A stretch of 24,717 nt of DNA from Candidatus Hodarchaeota archaeon (GTDB taxonomy: Archaea > Asgardarchaeota > Heimdallarchaeia > Hodarchaeales > Hodarchaeaceae). The position numbers and the translations under genes were made by a program. This document shows, in pieces, positions 1 through 9,987 of this stretch (position 1 is the stretch's first letter; every line of letters starts with the position of its first letter). The DNA lies in NCBI GenBank assembly GCA_016839785.1, contig JAEOTQ010000222.1, positions 1 through 24,717 of the forward strand, written 5' to 3'. The notes beneath the pieces are model-generated. The model searched no databases. It saw nothing but the letters and a program-made list of their open reading frames with translations, and was not told the DNA's origin.

Positions 1-990
1 CAACTAGTTTAGCCTTATATTCAAGCATTTGCACGAATTGGAGAAAGGGCAGCTGGACAAACGATTGATTGGTACGTTTTCCGAGGTTGCACTGTTGTTT
101 CCACCCCGTATTGTACCCAAGAACGATTGTTTGAATATTCTGCGTTAAACAATAATTGGTAATTCGACGGGAGGTTTGGTGGAAGAAATCCCCGAGACGG
201 TTCATCCTGACCCGATGAAGCCGAATGATACGACGAGTCAGCAGTTGATGATTGCAAGTGGTCGCTAAAGAGCGGTAATGGGCAAGTTGTTTGTTATACC
301 ACTGATTGATGGTCTTCACAATCCCGCCTTTGACGAGTAACCCGTCTGACGTAGTTACGAGATTGGTAAGCCCGAGATCAATTCCCATAGCTCGGGAGGG
401 GAAATCTGAGGAAGGAAACGCTTGCTCTTGCACTTCATAGAGGAGTTCGACCACAAAACGATCGTAATAGGGGACTAAACGGGCACCTACGCACGTCTCA
501 ACTGTCAAGGGAAGAGATCCGACTGGAAAAGTCGGAAATCCGCGAGCCATGAGATTTTTCGCAAATAAAATCTGGTTGTTCCGAATTCGCACCCGAGGTC
601 GGGGAAAGTTGACCATATGCAAGTCGTTCTTTGCTTTATATCGCGGGATTCGGGGACGGGCGTAAAATTTGGTCGGATCCTTTTTCCAGGCTTTCAAGCT
701 GTTAAAGAAGCTCCGCCAAGTCTGTTCTATTTGCCGTAAGACCTGCTGGGGTAAATAACTGTCAGAAATGGCTTTTAATGCGAGATAGGCAGGTTCCTGC
801 TTAAGGCGATGATACAAGGCTGTATATTGCACCCAGCTTCCTGTTTTGAAGAATTCTTGGCGGACCTCATAGGTGGCTCGATTATACAAATTTTTGCACA
901 GGTACACAAATCCGTAAAAATGGGCCGGGGTTTCAGTTGCATACGGATAGCTAGTTGTGGCTGAGGGTGTTTTTTGGTGCGCATTCCCAC
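1..990 (-). pseudogene. tnpB: IS200/IS605-family TnpB RNA-guided nuclease, one frameshift near the 5' end, 3' end outside the window
   Basis: Manual translation: MGMRTKKHPQPQLAIRMQLKPRPIFTDLCTCAK, then a shift at the T5 run 891-895, then NLYNRATYEVRQEFF...QQVLRQIEQTWRSFF...RPRIPRYK...AMGIDLGLTNL (RuvC-I, about 371-385)...FFHQTSRRITNYC...TIVLGYNTGWKQ...NQSFVQLPF...MLEYKAKLV. This frame is open to base 1, so the ORF track misses it. The region is visibly more GC-rich than the host DNA. Confidence 0.92.
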
Positions 991-1230
991 CCTTTTTGGG
1001 AATTTTCGCTCTTATAAGTTTGTACCCGAGAGAGAGCGGTGAAAATGACGAATATGACGAAAATGAGCCTTTCTAACTAGCCAACAATATGAACTATTTG
1101 TTGTCGGACAAACTCAACCATGTCTTACATGCGGTCATGGATTTACCTGTGAGATGAGTGGTGTTCCTAGTATATATGGGAGGGGTACAAAGGCTTCTAG
1201 TGATCTTTGTGTAGGTGTTGAAGATCAACC
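1..1230 (-). mobile_element. IS605/IS1341-like element (tnpB only within the window); left boundary uncertain
   Basis: tnpB is present and no tnpA (Y1 HUH) is seen upstream. Imperfect hairpins at about 1082-1103 and 1201-1227 are candidate left-end structures. Confidence 0.5.
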
Positions 1231-1406
1231 CCAGGTCTGGAAAGAAATCAAAAGACTTGGTAAATTATTAGGAAGTCGCCTTTCGTGAAATTTATGTTTT
1301 TCTTCGGATGAAGGAATTATCATTTAATCGATAATTCTCTTATCTCAAAAGTACGATAAAACAAAAGGAGGGGACGAGAAGAAAAAGAGAGTATGGAATA
1401 AAGAAG

Positions 1407-1640
1407 TTACTTCTTTCCTTCCATTCCATGGAAACAGAACCAGCCCCCTTCGAGTTCATTCTTGACGTAGATTGGACAATCGAAACAATTACATCCTTTA
1501 TCGACAAGTTTGTCCTCAGGAATCTCTGTTTTTCCTCTAGCGCAAAATAGAGCATGAGGTTTTGTTCCTCGAAGATTATTCTCTTTGAATGTAGGACAGG
1601 TTCCGCAGTAATCTTTGCATATACCCATTAATGTTGGCAT
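1407..1640 (-). CDS. Small Cys-rich metal-binding protein, DUF2769-like
   Basis: Cys pattern CxxxCxxCPTF...LFCARG...KGCNCFDCPIY...WFC matches my recollection of archaeal DUF2769 proteins; ATG start. Confidence 0.8.
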   Translation of the reverse strand: MPTLMGICKDYCGTCPTFKENNLRGTKPHALFCARGKTEIPEDKLVDKGCNCFDCPIYVKNELEGGWFCFHGMEGKK

Positions 1641-1763
1641 TTTTTCTCACGGTTCAGTTGGGATTGATCACTGTATTTATTTTTTGTCTTCATTATAGTC
1701 ACTTTCCAACTTCCTTCTTCTCTCCGACTGTTCTCATTTCTTTACACCCGTTCAATAAAGCTC

Positions 1764-4700
1764 TCAGATCGATTTTTTCTGTTTTACAAGGAAAAAGGTA
1801 CTAATTAGAAGAAGTAAAATTATTCCAAAAAGTATGTTCTGACCATTTAATGTAGGATACTCAGGAATGGTAGACGGTACATCAAAACTGGTATCAAAAC
1901 GACTTGGACTATAAGTTCTTGTAGTGTATGGATAATATTGATAAGAAAGCAATTCGGTTGGGGCTGTATTATATAGAATCTCGACGTATTGGAGCTCTAA
2001 ATAGATTGCTTCATTATTACCATAATTTAGCGGTAATTCTGAGGCGCTAACGTTTATATTGATGGGGTATTCTCCCATTTCCCAATAACTCATAGAATAT
2101 TTCCTACTATATTCCCAACTAGGAGCCATTACTAAATCAAGGTTGAGAATATAATATCCATTTTCTAAAACATTAACCCCAACAAAAATTGCTAATATCT
2201 CATAATTACCATCCTGATCTATATCTATACCATTATCGCGGTAATCATTACCTAAATATGCACCAGGTGGATTAAATTCATTGAATGAGTATATTCGGGT
2301 ATTATATTCACTAACTATTCGATCCATCGTATATCCCTGATTATTATACAATCTACAATACTCTAGAGTTATTGTTAAATCATCAAAATACGTGTACAGT
2401 AGTTTTGTGTTGATAAGGATACTTATGTTTCTGAGACCTTCAGAAAAGTACTCCTCCCGATAATCTCCCTGATTCTGATACCAATTCGTGGAATGATAAT
2501 CATAATTATAGGAATAATATCCAGCTTTTGTAGTATTAACTTCTAATTCAAAACTGATCTCATCTATAAGACCGTTGGAATCAGAGTCTACTTCTGTCTC
2601 CCAATAATTTCCTGTGAAATAAATCCCGGGATTATCAAATTCGATATACTGGTAGACCCGTGTTACGTAAGGAGAATCAATTCGGAACACCTCTTGCCAT
2701 TCCTCTGTTTCATGAATAATTAGTTCTTCAATAATGAAGGCGGTATCAAGTCGAAAAGCATAAGGAAGAGTAACATACATTTGTAAGGATATATTTTGAA
2801 TTCCAGGCTGCAGTGTCCGATCAAAATTAATCCACTTAGTAGTATCCCAGACTGGAATTAATGGCGCAATTCTAAATTCGAAGTTATACACACCAGACTG
2901 GACAGCATTTACCTCAACCTGTATTGACAATTCATCAATTTTTCCATTTTCGTTTAAATCCTCCCCATAATCGGAATAATTGCCTGTTACAAAAACGGCA
3001 GGAACCTCAAACTCGGTGCTCTCATAAACTTGAGTTGTATAAAACGAATAGGCGAAATCAATCATATTCCAATTTTCATCGTGTATTTCGATATAATCCA
3101 CAATGAACGAGGTATCTAGGTTTGCAGAATAAAATGAGGACAGATCAAAATAATTGTAAACATAATTCAATCCATTATTTAGATATTCATAAATTCCAAT
3201 ATCTTGATCCCAATGTTTCTTTGAATTAATCTCTTTTATTCGGATATTGATATTGTAATCACTCGCTCGTGTAGAATTCACTTCAAAATCTATAGCTAAT
3301 TCTTCAAAAACACCATTAAAATCATGATCCACCCCAAAATCCCAGCAATTCCCTGTTAAGTAAGCATAAGGTCTCTCAAATTGCGTGTATTGATATTCTT
3401 GCGTTGTGTAGATAGATTCAGACTGGAAGTACATTCCATCTCCTAGAAAAAGTTCAAAATATTCAATAATAAAAGAAATATTCCTTCTAATAGAATAAAA
3501 ACTCTCGGTATCGATAGTCGTGGACACATTTTGTACTCCCACGGTTCCAAAGTACCTTGTTTCAGAAAAATATTTCCTCCAACGGTAATTAGTCGTCATT
3601 GCCGGTTTAAGGTCAAAACGAAAATCATATGAGCCTATAGAGGTTACATTCACCTCAAAAATAATAGATATCTCATCAAAGTAGTTATTCAAATCAGAAT
3701 CATGACCTTGGTCCCAAAATCTTCCTGTGGGGAACATACGGGGAAAATCAAATTCTACATTCGAGTATTCACGAGTAGTATATGGCCAAGCATTAAATAG
3801 CTGGAGCACCCACGAATCATTTTGAATTATTAAATCTTGAATTAGGAAGGTAGAGGTTTTAAATATGGAGTAAAAGGGTATCTCATCAAACTCAACTGAG
3901 ATATTTACAATTCCTTGATTCCAGTAGCCATACACCGATTTTTCATATGGATAAGATGGGTTTTGGGGTACCTCTGGGTTTAAAGTTAAGATTATGGTAT
4001 AATATCCTGTTCTTGTGAAGTTTACTTCAAATATAATTTCCAGCTTATTATAGAGTGTGTTAGAATCCGTATCTACACCTCTATCCCAGAAATTCCCAGT
4101 TAATTCTACGGATGAATGTGCCAAATCGTGATAAAAAACCGATGAAGTATTATAGGCATTTGTAAGGATATGTTGAGGTTCTCCATATAGAGTAAAATGT
4201 ACATAATTGACCCTGATGTGGCCAGTCTGATTTATTTTAAAAAACTCTGATGCTTGGATTTGAATCTCGATTATATTTTGGCCTGGTTGCAAATATCCAT
4301 CCCAATGTCTGCTAATTTCTAATCCTGAATTATGTACTAAAATAGAATGTTCGAAATACGTAGATAATTGATAAAAGCCGTAATCGAATATCTCTGTTTC
4401 TATTTCTATGACAATCTCATCATAATAAGAATCCGAATCCGAATCTATTCCATAATCTGAAAATCCAGTTATTATTGCTCGTGGTCGTTCAAAATGACTG
4501 GAATTATATAATTCGAATGATGTTTCATATGTCATTGAAAAATTTAACTCACCATAATCAATATATCCATACCAGCCTGGAGTAAAAAGACTCACTCTTA
4601 GAACATATGGGCCATTTTTAGCATTTGCATATATTGGCTGGCCTGGGAAGGACAAAGAGACAAATGATTCATCATTATAACTTCTAAAATCAGCGGTTCC

Positions 4701-5027
4701 AAGTATATTCTCAAAATTGTCGAATAAAATCCCATAAACTCCGAAATTATCATGCGGTGTATAAAATCCCATATCTACAACAAGTCTATTGTAAAATCCA
4801 TTATGGTCGTCATCAACAGGATAATCCTGCCATGTGGTATTTAGTGGAAATGTATAGGTTGTATCTTGTAATGCCAACTTAGATGTATTAGATTCATCTC
4901 TTACTATTCTATTAGGGAATTCAGTTGTTTCTTTGAAATTGAACAGATAATTCTCTGCCATTTGGCTGGAAAATGAGATTAAGAGAAGAAAAAATAGACT
5001 GAATTTCATCATCTTCACGTGCATCAA
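1764..5027 (-). CDS. Large secreted, C-terminally anchored surface protein with 8 tandem ~125-aa beta-rich repeats
   Basis: N-terminal signal peptide (MKFSLFFLLLISFSSQMA). Eight repeats begin [WY/F]xDxGxDxDxNGxYxxLxI, a DxDxDG-like loop. The C-terminus is IPEYPT plus a hydrophobic helix plus KQKK (PEF-CTERM-like). Confidence 0.88.
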   Translation of the reverse strand: MMHVKMMKFSLFFLLLISFSSQMAENYLFNFKETTEFPNRIVRDESNTSKLALQDTTYTFPLNTTWQDYPVDDDHNGFYNRLVVDMGFYTPHDNFGVYGILFDNFENILGTADFRSYNDESFVSLSFPGQPIYANAKNGPYVLRVSLFTPGWYGYIDYGELNFSMTYETSFELYNSSHFERPRAIITGFSDYGIDSDSDSYYDEIVIEIETEIFDYGFYQLSTYFEHSILVHNSGLEISRHWDGYLQPGQNIIEIQIQASEFFKINQTGHIRVNYVHFTLYGEPQHILTNAYNTSSVFYHDLAHSSVELTGNFWDRGVDTDSNTLYNKLEIIFEVNFTRTGYYTIILTLNPEVPQNPSYPYEKSVYGYWNQGIVNISVEFDEIPFYSIFKTSTFLIQDLIIQNDSWVLQLFNAWPYTTREYSNVEFDFPRMFPTGRFWDQGHDSDLNNYFDEISIIFEVNVTSIGSYDFRFDLKPAMTTNYRWRKYFSETRYFGTVGVQNVSTTIDTESFYSIRRNISFIIEYFELFLGDGMYFQSESIYTTQEYQYTQFERPYAYLTGNCWDFGVDHDFNGVFEELAIDFEVNSTRASDYNINIRIKEINSKKHWDQDIGIYEYLNNGLNYVYNYFDLSSFYSANLDTSFIVDYIEIHDENWNMIDFAYSFYTTQVYESTEFEVPAVFVTGNYSDYGEDLNENGKIDELSIQVEVNAVQSGVYNFEFRIAPLIPVWDTTKWINFDRTLQPGIQNISLQMYVTLPYAFRLDTAFIIEELIIHETEEWQEVFRIDSPYVTRVYQYIEFDNPGIYFTGNYWETEVDSDSNGLIDEISFELEVNTTKAGYYSYNYDYHSTNWYQNQGDYREEYFSEGLRNISILINTKLLYTYFDDLTITLEYCRLYNNQGYTMDRIVSEYNTRIYSFNEFNPPGAYLGNDYRDNGIDIDQDGNYEILAIFVGVNVLENGYYILNLDLVMAPSWEYSRKYSMSYWEMGEYPININVSASELPLNYGNNEAIYLELQYVEILYNTAPTELLSYQYYPYTTRTYSPSRFDTSFDVPSTIPEYPTLNGQNILFGIILLLLISTFFLVKQKKSI

Positions 5028-5214
5028 CTATTGCAAAATACAAAGGCTGTATTTATTAATTTATAGAACTGTAATCGTAAAATTGTCCTTTTCATTCACC
5101 TTTTTAATGGGGAATATCTAACTGATACTTCATTGTTATCCCAACTCTTCAGTGTATCTTTTAAGAAACTGGGTTCCCTAGAAGCGGTAAATTTTTATTA
5201 ATACCAGTAATCTC

Positions 5215-6243
5215 TTGATTAATATGAGAATTACGGAAGAATTGAAGCAAGAGGTAATTGATTGTTTATTACCAATTTTTCCCAGTGAAAGGGATGTTAC
5301 TGTTGGGAACTTCCAACACTTACTCGGAGCCGACACTGATACATTATGTTTCTCTTATTTTTCAAATGATACAGACACTCCGTTGATATTGCGTATTTAT
5401 AGGCAAATTTCTAATCGTGCAGAAAAGGAATTTAATACTCTACATGCGCTTTCAACTGCAGGTATATCTGTTCCAGTCCCCTATATATGGAAAAAAGCTT
5501 CTCTCTCTGTCTCTCGGAGTTTTTTGATTATGGAAAAAATTCCTGGAGAGTTACTATCCGATTATCTTCTGAACTCCAAATCAGAAAGACAAAGAATGAC
5601 AGGTTTCCAGCAGTTTATTCAGGAACTTGTCAATATTCATAGCTATGACTGGAAAAGTGGTTTCACAGATAACTTCTTATTAAAAATACCTGATATTGAG
5701 AATGATCCATATGACTATATCAATAAATTGGTGTATTACCCCCAAAGGATGATTAATCTTCATAACATCAATGATTTAAAACCTCTTATTGGCTGGCTTA
5801 AGGATAACAAAGTTAAAACTGATAAATTGTCCCTTCTGCATGGTGATTATCATTTGAACAATGTTATAATAACTCCACAGAAAAATTTGATTGTAATCGA
5901 TTGGGCGGATTTGAAAATAGATGATTTTCGACATGATCTTGCTTTTGCAATCGTAGCAACATCTTCCGCGGGTCTAGACGTATCCGATTCATTTATCAGC
6001 TTGTACCAGAATATTTCCAATTTTGAGGTCGAAGATATTGAGTACTATATGATTTTAGCCATTTTGCATAATCTTTTACGGTGTTATAGTGCGTTACATG
6101 ACCCTCCATTATTAGGGGAAACTGAAACAACTAAAAAAATGTTCTTTGTAAATTATAAATCCTATACAAAGTATTTGACGATTATGGTAAAGAGGATTTC
6201 AGGGGTAAAGCTAACTATGCTTGAAGAAGCACTCTTCTCGTAA
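5215..6243 (+). CDS. Aminoglycoside phosphotransferase (APH)/choline kinase-like protein; start may be ATG 5224
   Basis: Motifs LILRIY, EFNTL, VPVPY, FLIMEKIPG, Brenner motif LLHGDYHLNNVI and VIDW. Confidence 0.9.
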   Translation: MINMRITEELKQEVIDCLLPIFPSERDVTVGNFQHLLGADTDTLCFSYFSNDTDTPLILRIYRQISNRAEKEFNTLHALSTAGISVPVPYIWKKASLSVSRSFLIMEKIPGELLSDYLLNSKSERQRMTGFQQFIQELVNIHSYDWKSGFTDNFLLKIPDIENDPYDYINKLVYYPQRMINLHNINDLKPLIGWLKDNKVKTDKLSLLHGDYHLNNVIITPQKNLIVIDWADLKIDDFRHDLAFAIVATSSAGLDVSDSFISLYQNISNFEVEDIEYYMILAILHNLLRCYSALHDPPLLGETETTKKMFFVNYKSYTKYLTIMVKRISGVKLTMLEEALFS

Positions 6244-6316
6244 AGAGGAATCGCTTGTTGTCACTTACGTGACCTAGGGTAAATCTACTTTGACATAACC
6301 AATTTTTACTTTTCTA

Positions 6317-7982
6317 TTAATTTCCTCTCTTTTTTCGAGAAATTAGAAGACTTAAAAATAAGAGGGATCCCATTATCTCAAATCCTCTAGCCGATGTAGT
6401 ATCTATTGCAGAGGAAGTAAATGTGGCTGTAAGAGTAGAAGACATAGAGGTATCTTCAGTACCTTCTGCAGTGGTTGTAGTTGTGACTTCACTTGTTGCA
6501 TTAATAGTGAAATAGACTTCCGCCCTAGCTGTATTATTCATTGTATCGTTTCCGTATATTTTGAGAAAATAATGGCCATCTGCAAGATTTAGAAAACTTG
6601 TCAACGTCGGTATTGTTACGTTTGGACCACTATTCAATGAATACACGATCCAAGGGAGAGATTCGTTTGTATCTAAGGATAGAATAAGATTTGATTTCTC
6701 ATAGGATTGATTTACTGGGGAAAGAATTGATATTTCTGGTTTTCCTCGGTCATTAGGCATGAGATAATTCTTCATAAGTAGATGAAATTTAGTATTATCA
6801 ATGGTGGAGTTTGCTATCGGATTGAGGTAATTACCATAAGCAAATAATGGGACATTTGCATTAGTATGCCCTCCAGCTCCCCAAGAAAGAGTTATCTCGT
6901 GAGTTCGGCTAATTCTTATGTTTTCATTTAAGTCTTCAGTATTATTTTCATTCGGAAGTGGAGTAGTTAACATTTCTGATGATACGACCAAACCTCCTGT
7001 TTCATGGTCAGCTGTGACAATTAATATGGTATTGTTGTGGGTTTCAACGTAATTAATCGCAGTTTTCACGGCTTTATCAAACTCAATTGTTTCTAAAGCT
7101 GCATTCACCTCATTAGTTATATGACTAGCCCAATCAATTTGTCCTCCTTCAACAAGTAAAAAGAAACCATCGGAATTTTGAGATAAAATATCAATAGATT
7201 TGTTAGTCATTTCAGCAAGAGAAGGAATCATTTCTCGATCGCGATCTTGTTCATAAGGAAAGGCTCCTCCTGTAAATAGACCAAATATCTTGTTATCAGT
7301 GCTGGTAAGAAGCTCAGAACGATTCTCAAGGATAGTATATCCTTGATCTTGAATTTTATTTAGCTGGGAGGCAAACAAATTTTTCCCCCCCCATAATTGT
7401 ATCGATTCCACTTGTGATTAACTGCTGGCCGATTTCATATCCATTATCACGACTGGGAGTATGAGCATAAAAAGCAGCAGGTGTAGCATGAGTAATTTCT
7501 GTTGTAGTAATGATTCCCGTAGATTTGTTTATTTGTTGAGTTAATTCCAAGATTGTTAGTAAGTCTACACCTGCTAAGCTCCTCGATATTATTCCATTGT
7601 AAGCTTTATATCCTGTTGCCATAGCAGTCGCACTAGCCGCACTATCAGTTATTGAATTAGCTAGATTATGGGTTACTACCTTCCCTTTGATAGGAAGATT
7701 TTGCATGTTTAATGTCCCATTAACTCCCTTTTCCACCCATTGAGCTAGTTCTACATGTTCAAAGCCCATTCCATCACCAATCATTAGGATTATGGATACG
7801 TTGTCATATTCTGATTTAGTAGTTTCACTAAAATTACTAAATCCAGAGCTAGAGCTTGGGAAAACCAAATTTACGTTAAAAAATACTAAACAAGATCCAA
7901 TGATCAGAAAATTCAAACTTTTTCGTTGTTTGATGCAAGTTATCCCCCGAATTACAATTTTGAGGAGTAAAGAATCTTTCAT
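6317..7982 (-). pseudogene. phoA: Surface-anchored alkaline phosphatase (PhoA family), split into two ORFs by a frameshift in a G8 tract (real or assembly error)
   Basis: ORF 7356-7982 has a signal/TM segment, MIGDGMG, TDSAASATA (catalytic Ser) and HATPAAFYAH. ORF 6317-7411 has VEGGQIDWASH, TADHETGG, GHT..VPLFAYG, an Ig-like domain, a Thr-rich linker and RGF+TM+RKKR. The junction is the C8 run at 7385-7392. Confidence 0.92.
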
Positions 7983-8118
7983 TTAACCTTCTCTCACGAT
8001 TAAGTTAATTAATATCTTATATCAGATGAATTTATCTTGATTGCGATATTGAAAAATTAAATTGAAGCAAGATAGAACAGTAGTCAAATAAGATCACATC
8101 TATCTGACAGCTCACCAT

Positions 8119-8664
8119 ATGTTAATACTTGTAGTTGGACTCCCTGGTACGGGGAAAACTTTTCTGGCAGAAAATCTCCTCTCCTCACATTTTTCAGGTT
8201 TTATATCTATCAGTACAGATGAAATTCGACGTCGGTACTTTGGTCTGTCTGAACACCACTACTTAGATTTTAATCAAGAAATATACTCCCAAGAAAAACG
8301 GAATGAAATTTATAATGTCATAAATTTAATGGTAGACATTTTATTAACGCAAGGTTTTTCTATCGTTGTAGAGGGGACATATTATACACGAGAAAAACGG
8401 GATATTTTGCTTCAAACTTGTCATCGCTTGAAACATCAATATCTTATTATTAAGACATCTTATCCTGATGAATTGATGGAATTTCGACTTAAGAATAGAG
8501 AGATTTCTGATAATGATACCAGTGATGCCAGATATCACATATATTTAGCATTGAAAGAACGTTTTGAGTCAATTGAACAACCTCATATTACCATTAATAC
8601 TCAACAATCCATAACATCTTGCATTGAGGAAGTGAAGAATTATTACGATAAAATTCAAACCTGA
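8119..8664 (+). CDS. P-loop kinase, AAA_33/COG0645-like
   Basis: Walker A GLPGTGKT, STDEIRR, VVEGTY, lid R...SDA motif. Confidence 0.88.
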   Translation: MLILVVGLPGTGKTFLAENLLSSHFSGFISISTDEIRRRYFGLSEHHYLDFNQEIYSQEKRNEIYNVINLMVDILLTQGFSIVVEGTYYTREKRDILLQTCHRLKHQYLIIKTSYPDELMEFRLKNREISDNDTSDARYHIYLALKERFESIEQPHITINTQQSITSCIEEVKNYYDKIQT

Positions 8665-8665
8665 A

Positions 8666-9619
8666 ATGCTTCTAAATTCTTCAGCATATAGCTCTCCAGT
8701 ATCAAATATTGAATTGAGGAATACTCACGTTTCTTGGGTTTTTCTAAGTGGAGATTTTGCCTATAAGGTGAAAAAACCTGTTAAATTTGGGGATATTCTT
8801 GATTTTTCAACTCTTGAACTCCGGAAAAAATTCTGTGAATTGGAAATTACTTTAAATTCCAGATTTTCTCCTGAAATCTACATAAATACATTTTCCATCG
8901 ACGAATCAGGTCAAATAAATGGTTCTGGTAAGATCATCGAGTATGGAGTGAAGATGAAACGCTTACCTGAAGAATACCTCTTGGTTAACCTCCTGCAGGA
9001 AAAGAAGGTAGATTTAGAGTCTGTAGCACGGATTGCAGAAATTATTGCTGAATTCCATTCAAATACAAACAAAGTTCCTGAGTATGGAAATCTAAAATTC
9101 ATAGGTGAAAAGTGGGATGAAAATTTCCGTACTACATCTACCTTCCGATGCATCGATGAATCCTTCCGAGAAAAAATCACCTGTTTTTTACGAGGAAATC
9201 GTGGATTATTTCGTGAGCGAATTAATGCAAATAGGATAACTGATAATCATGGGGACTTTCAACCTCGTAACATCTTTGTATTGCCCAATCATGAGGTTAT
9301 AATATTTGATTGTATTGAATTCAGTTCATTATTACGATATGGAGACGTGGCGGAGGATGTTGGCTTTTTAGCAATGGATTTAGATTTTTGGGGAGAAAGT
9401 GAATTATCTAAGCATTTTGTCGATATGTATATCAAATTTAGCGGAGACGATCTTTTACAGGATAACATTGACTTCTTTAAATGCTATCGTGCATATGTAC
9501 GGGGAAAAGTATATGGCTTTCAGACTGTTAATGAATCTGATAGTAATAAAAAGACTGAATTAAAAGAAATGTCTGATAAATACTATCAACTTGCTTACGA
9601 ATATGCTGACAAATGGTAA
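8666..9619 (+). CDS. COG2187-type APH-like kinase domain protein
   Basis: THVSWVFLSGDFAYKVKKPV, LDFSTLELRK..CELEITLN.RFSPEIY, HGDFQPRNIF, IFDCIEF, DVAEDVGFLAMDLD, YRAYVRGKV. Starts 1 nt after the previous stop. Confidence 0.9.
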   Translation: MLLNSSAYSSPVSNIELRNTHVSWVFLSGDFAYKVKKPVKFGDILDFSTLELRKKFCELEITLNSRFSPEIYINTFSIDESGQINGSGKIIEYGVKMKRLPEEYLLVNLLQEKKVDLESVARIAEIIAEFHSNTNKVPEYGNLKFIGEKWDENFRTTSTFRCIDESFREKITCFLRGNRGLFRERINANRITDNHGDFQPRNIFVLPNHEVIIFDCIEFSSLLRYGDVAEDVGFLAMDLDFWGESELSKHFVDMYIKFSGDDLLQDNIDFFKCYRAYVRGKVYGFQTVNESDSNKKTELKEMSDKYYQLAYEYADKW

Positions 9620-9987
9620 TTCGTTTATTCATTCGTGAGATAAGAGAGTAGATTCAAGTTATTGAAAATTAGAGGAGTATGATAATCTTATTGTGGATTG
9701 GCTTTTATTTCAAATTTCAGGAGTTACTAATTTACTGGGGTAATCTGTTATCTGAAAAATCAAAAAAATTCTCTTTTCGTACATCGTATCGATCAGGTAC
9801 TACCAGAAGGAGTAGATGAATGTATTTTTAATATCCCTGTTTAAATATATCTTATTCACATTCACACTGAACTTACTCTACATAGATTGATTTTCGGGTC
9901 ATTTTTGACAGAATTTCTCTTATTAACTATCATGATGTAAGTTATCCTAAAGCGAACACTTGTTTATGAATTGATACTTTTACTTGG

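Noticed and set aside
21-257. 78-aa minus-strand ORF
   Set aside because: Alternative frame inside tnpB; the tnpB frame carries the recognisable motifs.
775-990. 71-aa ORF as a stand-alone gene
   Set aside because: It is the tnpB N-terminus plus out-of-frame read-through after 891-895.
1340-1555. 71-aa ORF overlapping the Cys-rich gene
   Set aside because: Same-strand alternative frame; 1407-1640 has the conserved Cys pattern.
7380-7392. Programmed -1 ribosomal frameshift at the G-run/A-run junction in phoA
   Set aside because: Joining the two ORFs needs +1 (or -2), not -1.
9620-9987. Possible ~46-codon ORF or ncRNA in the gap before dNK
   Set aside because: No motif, RBS or convincing structure.
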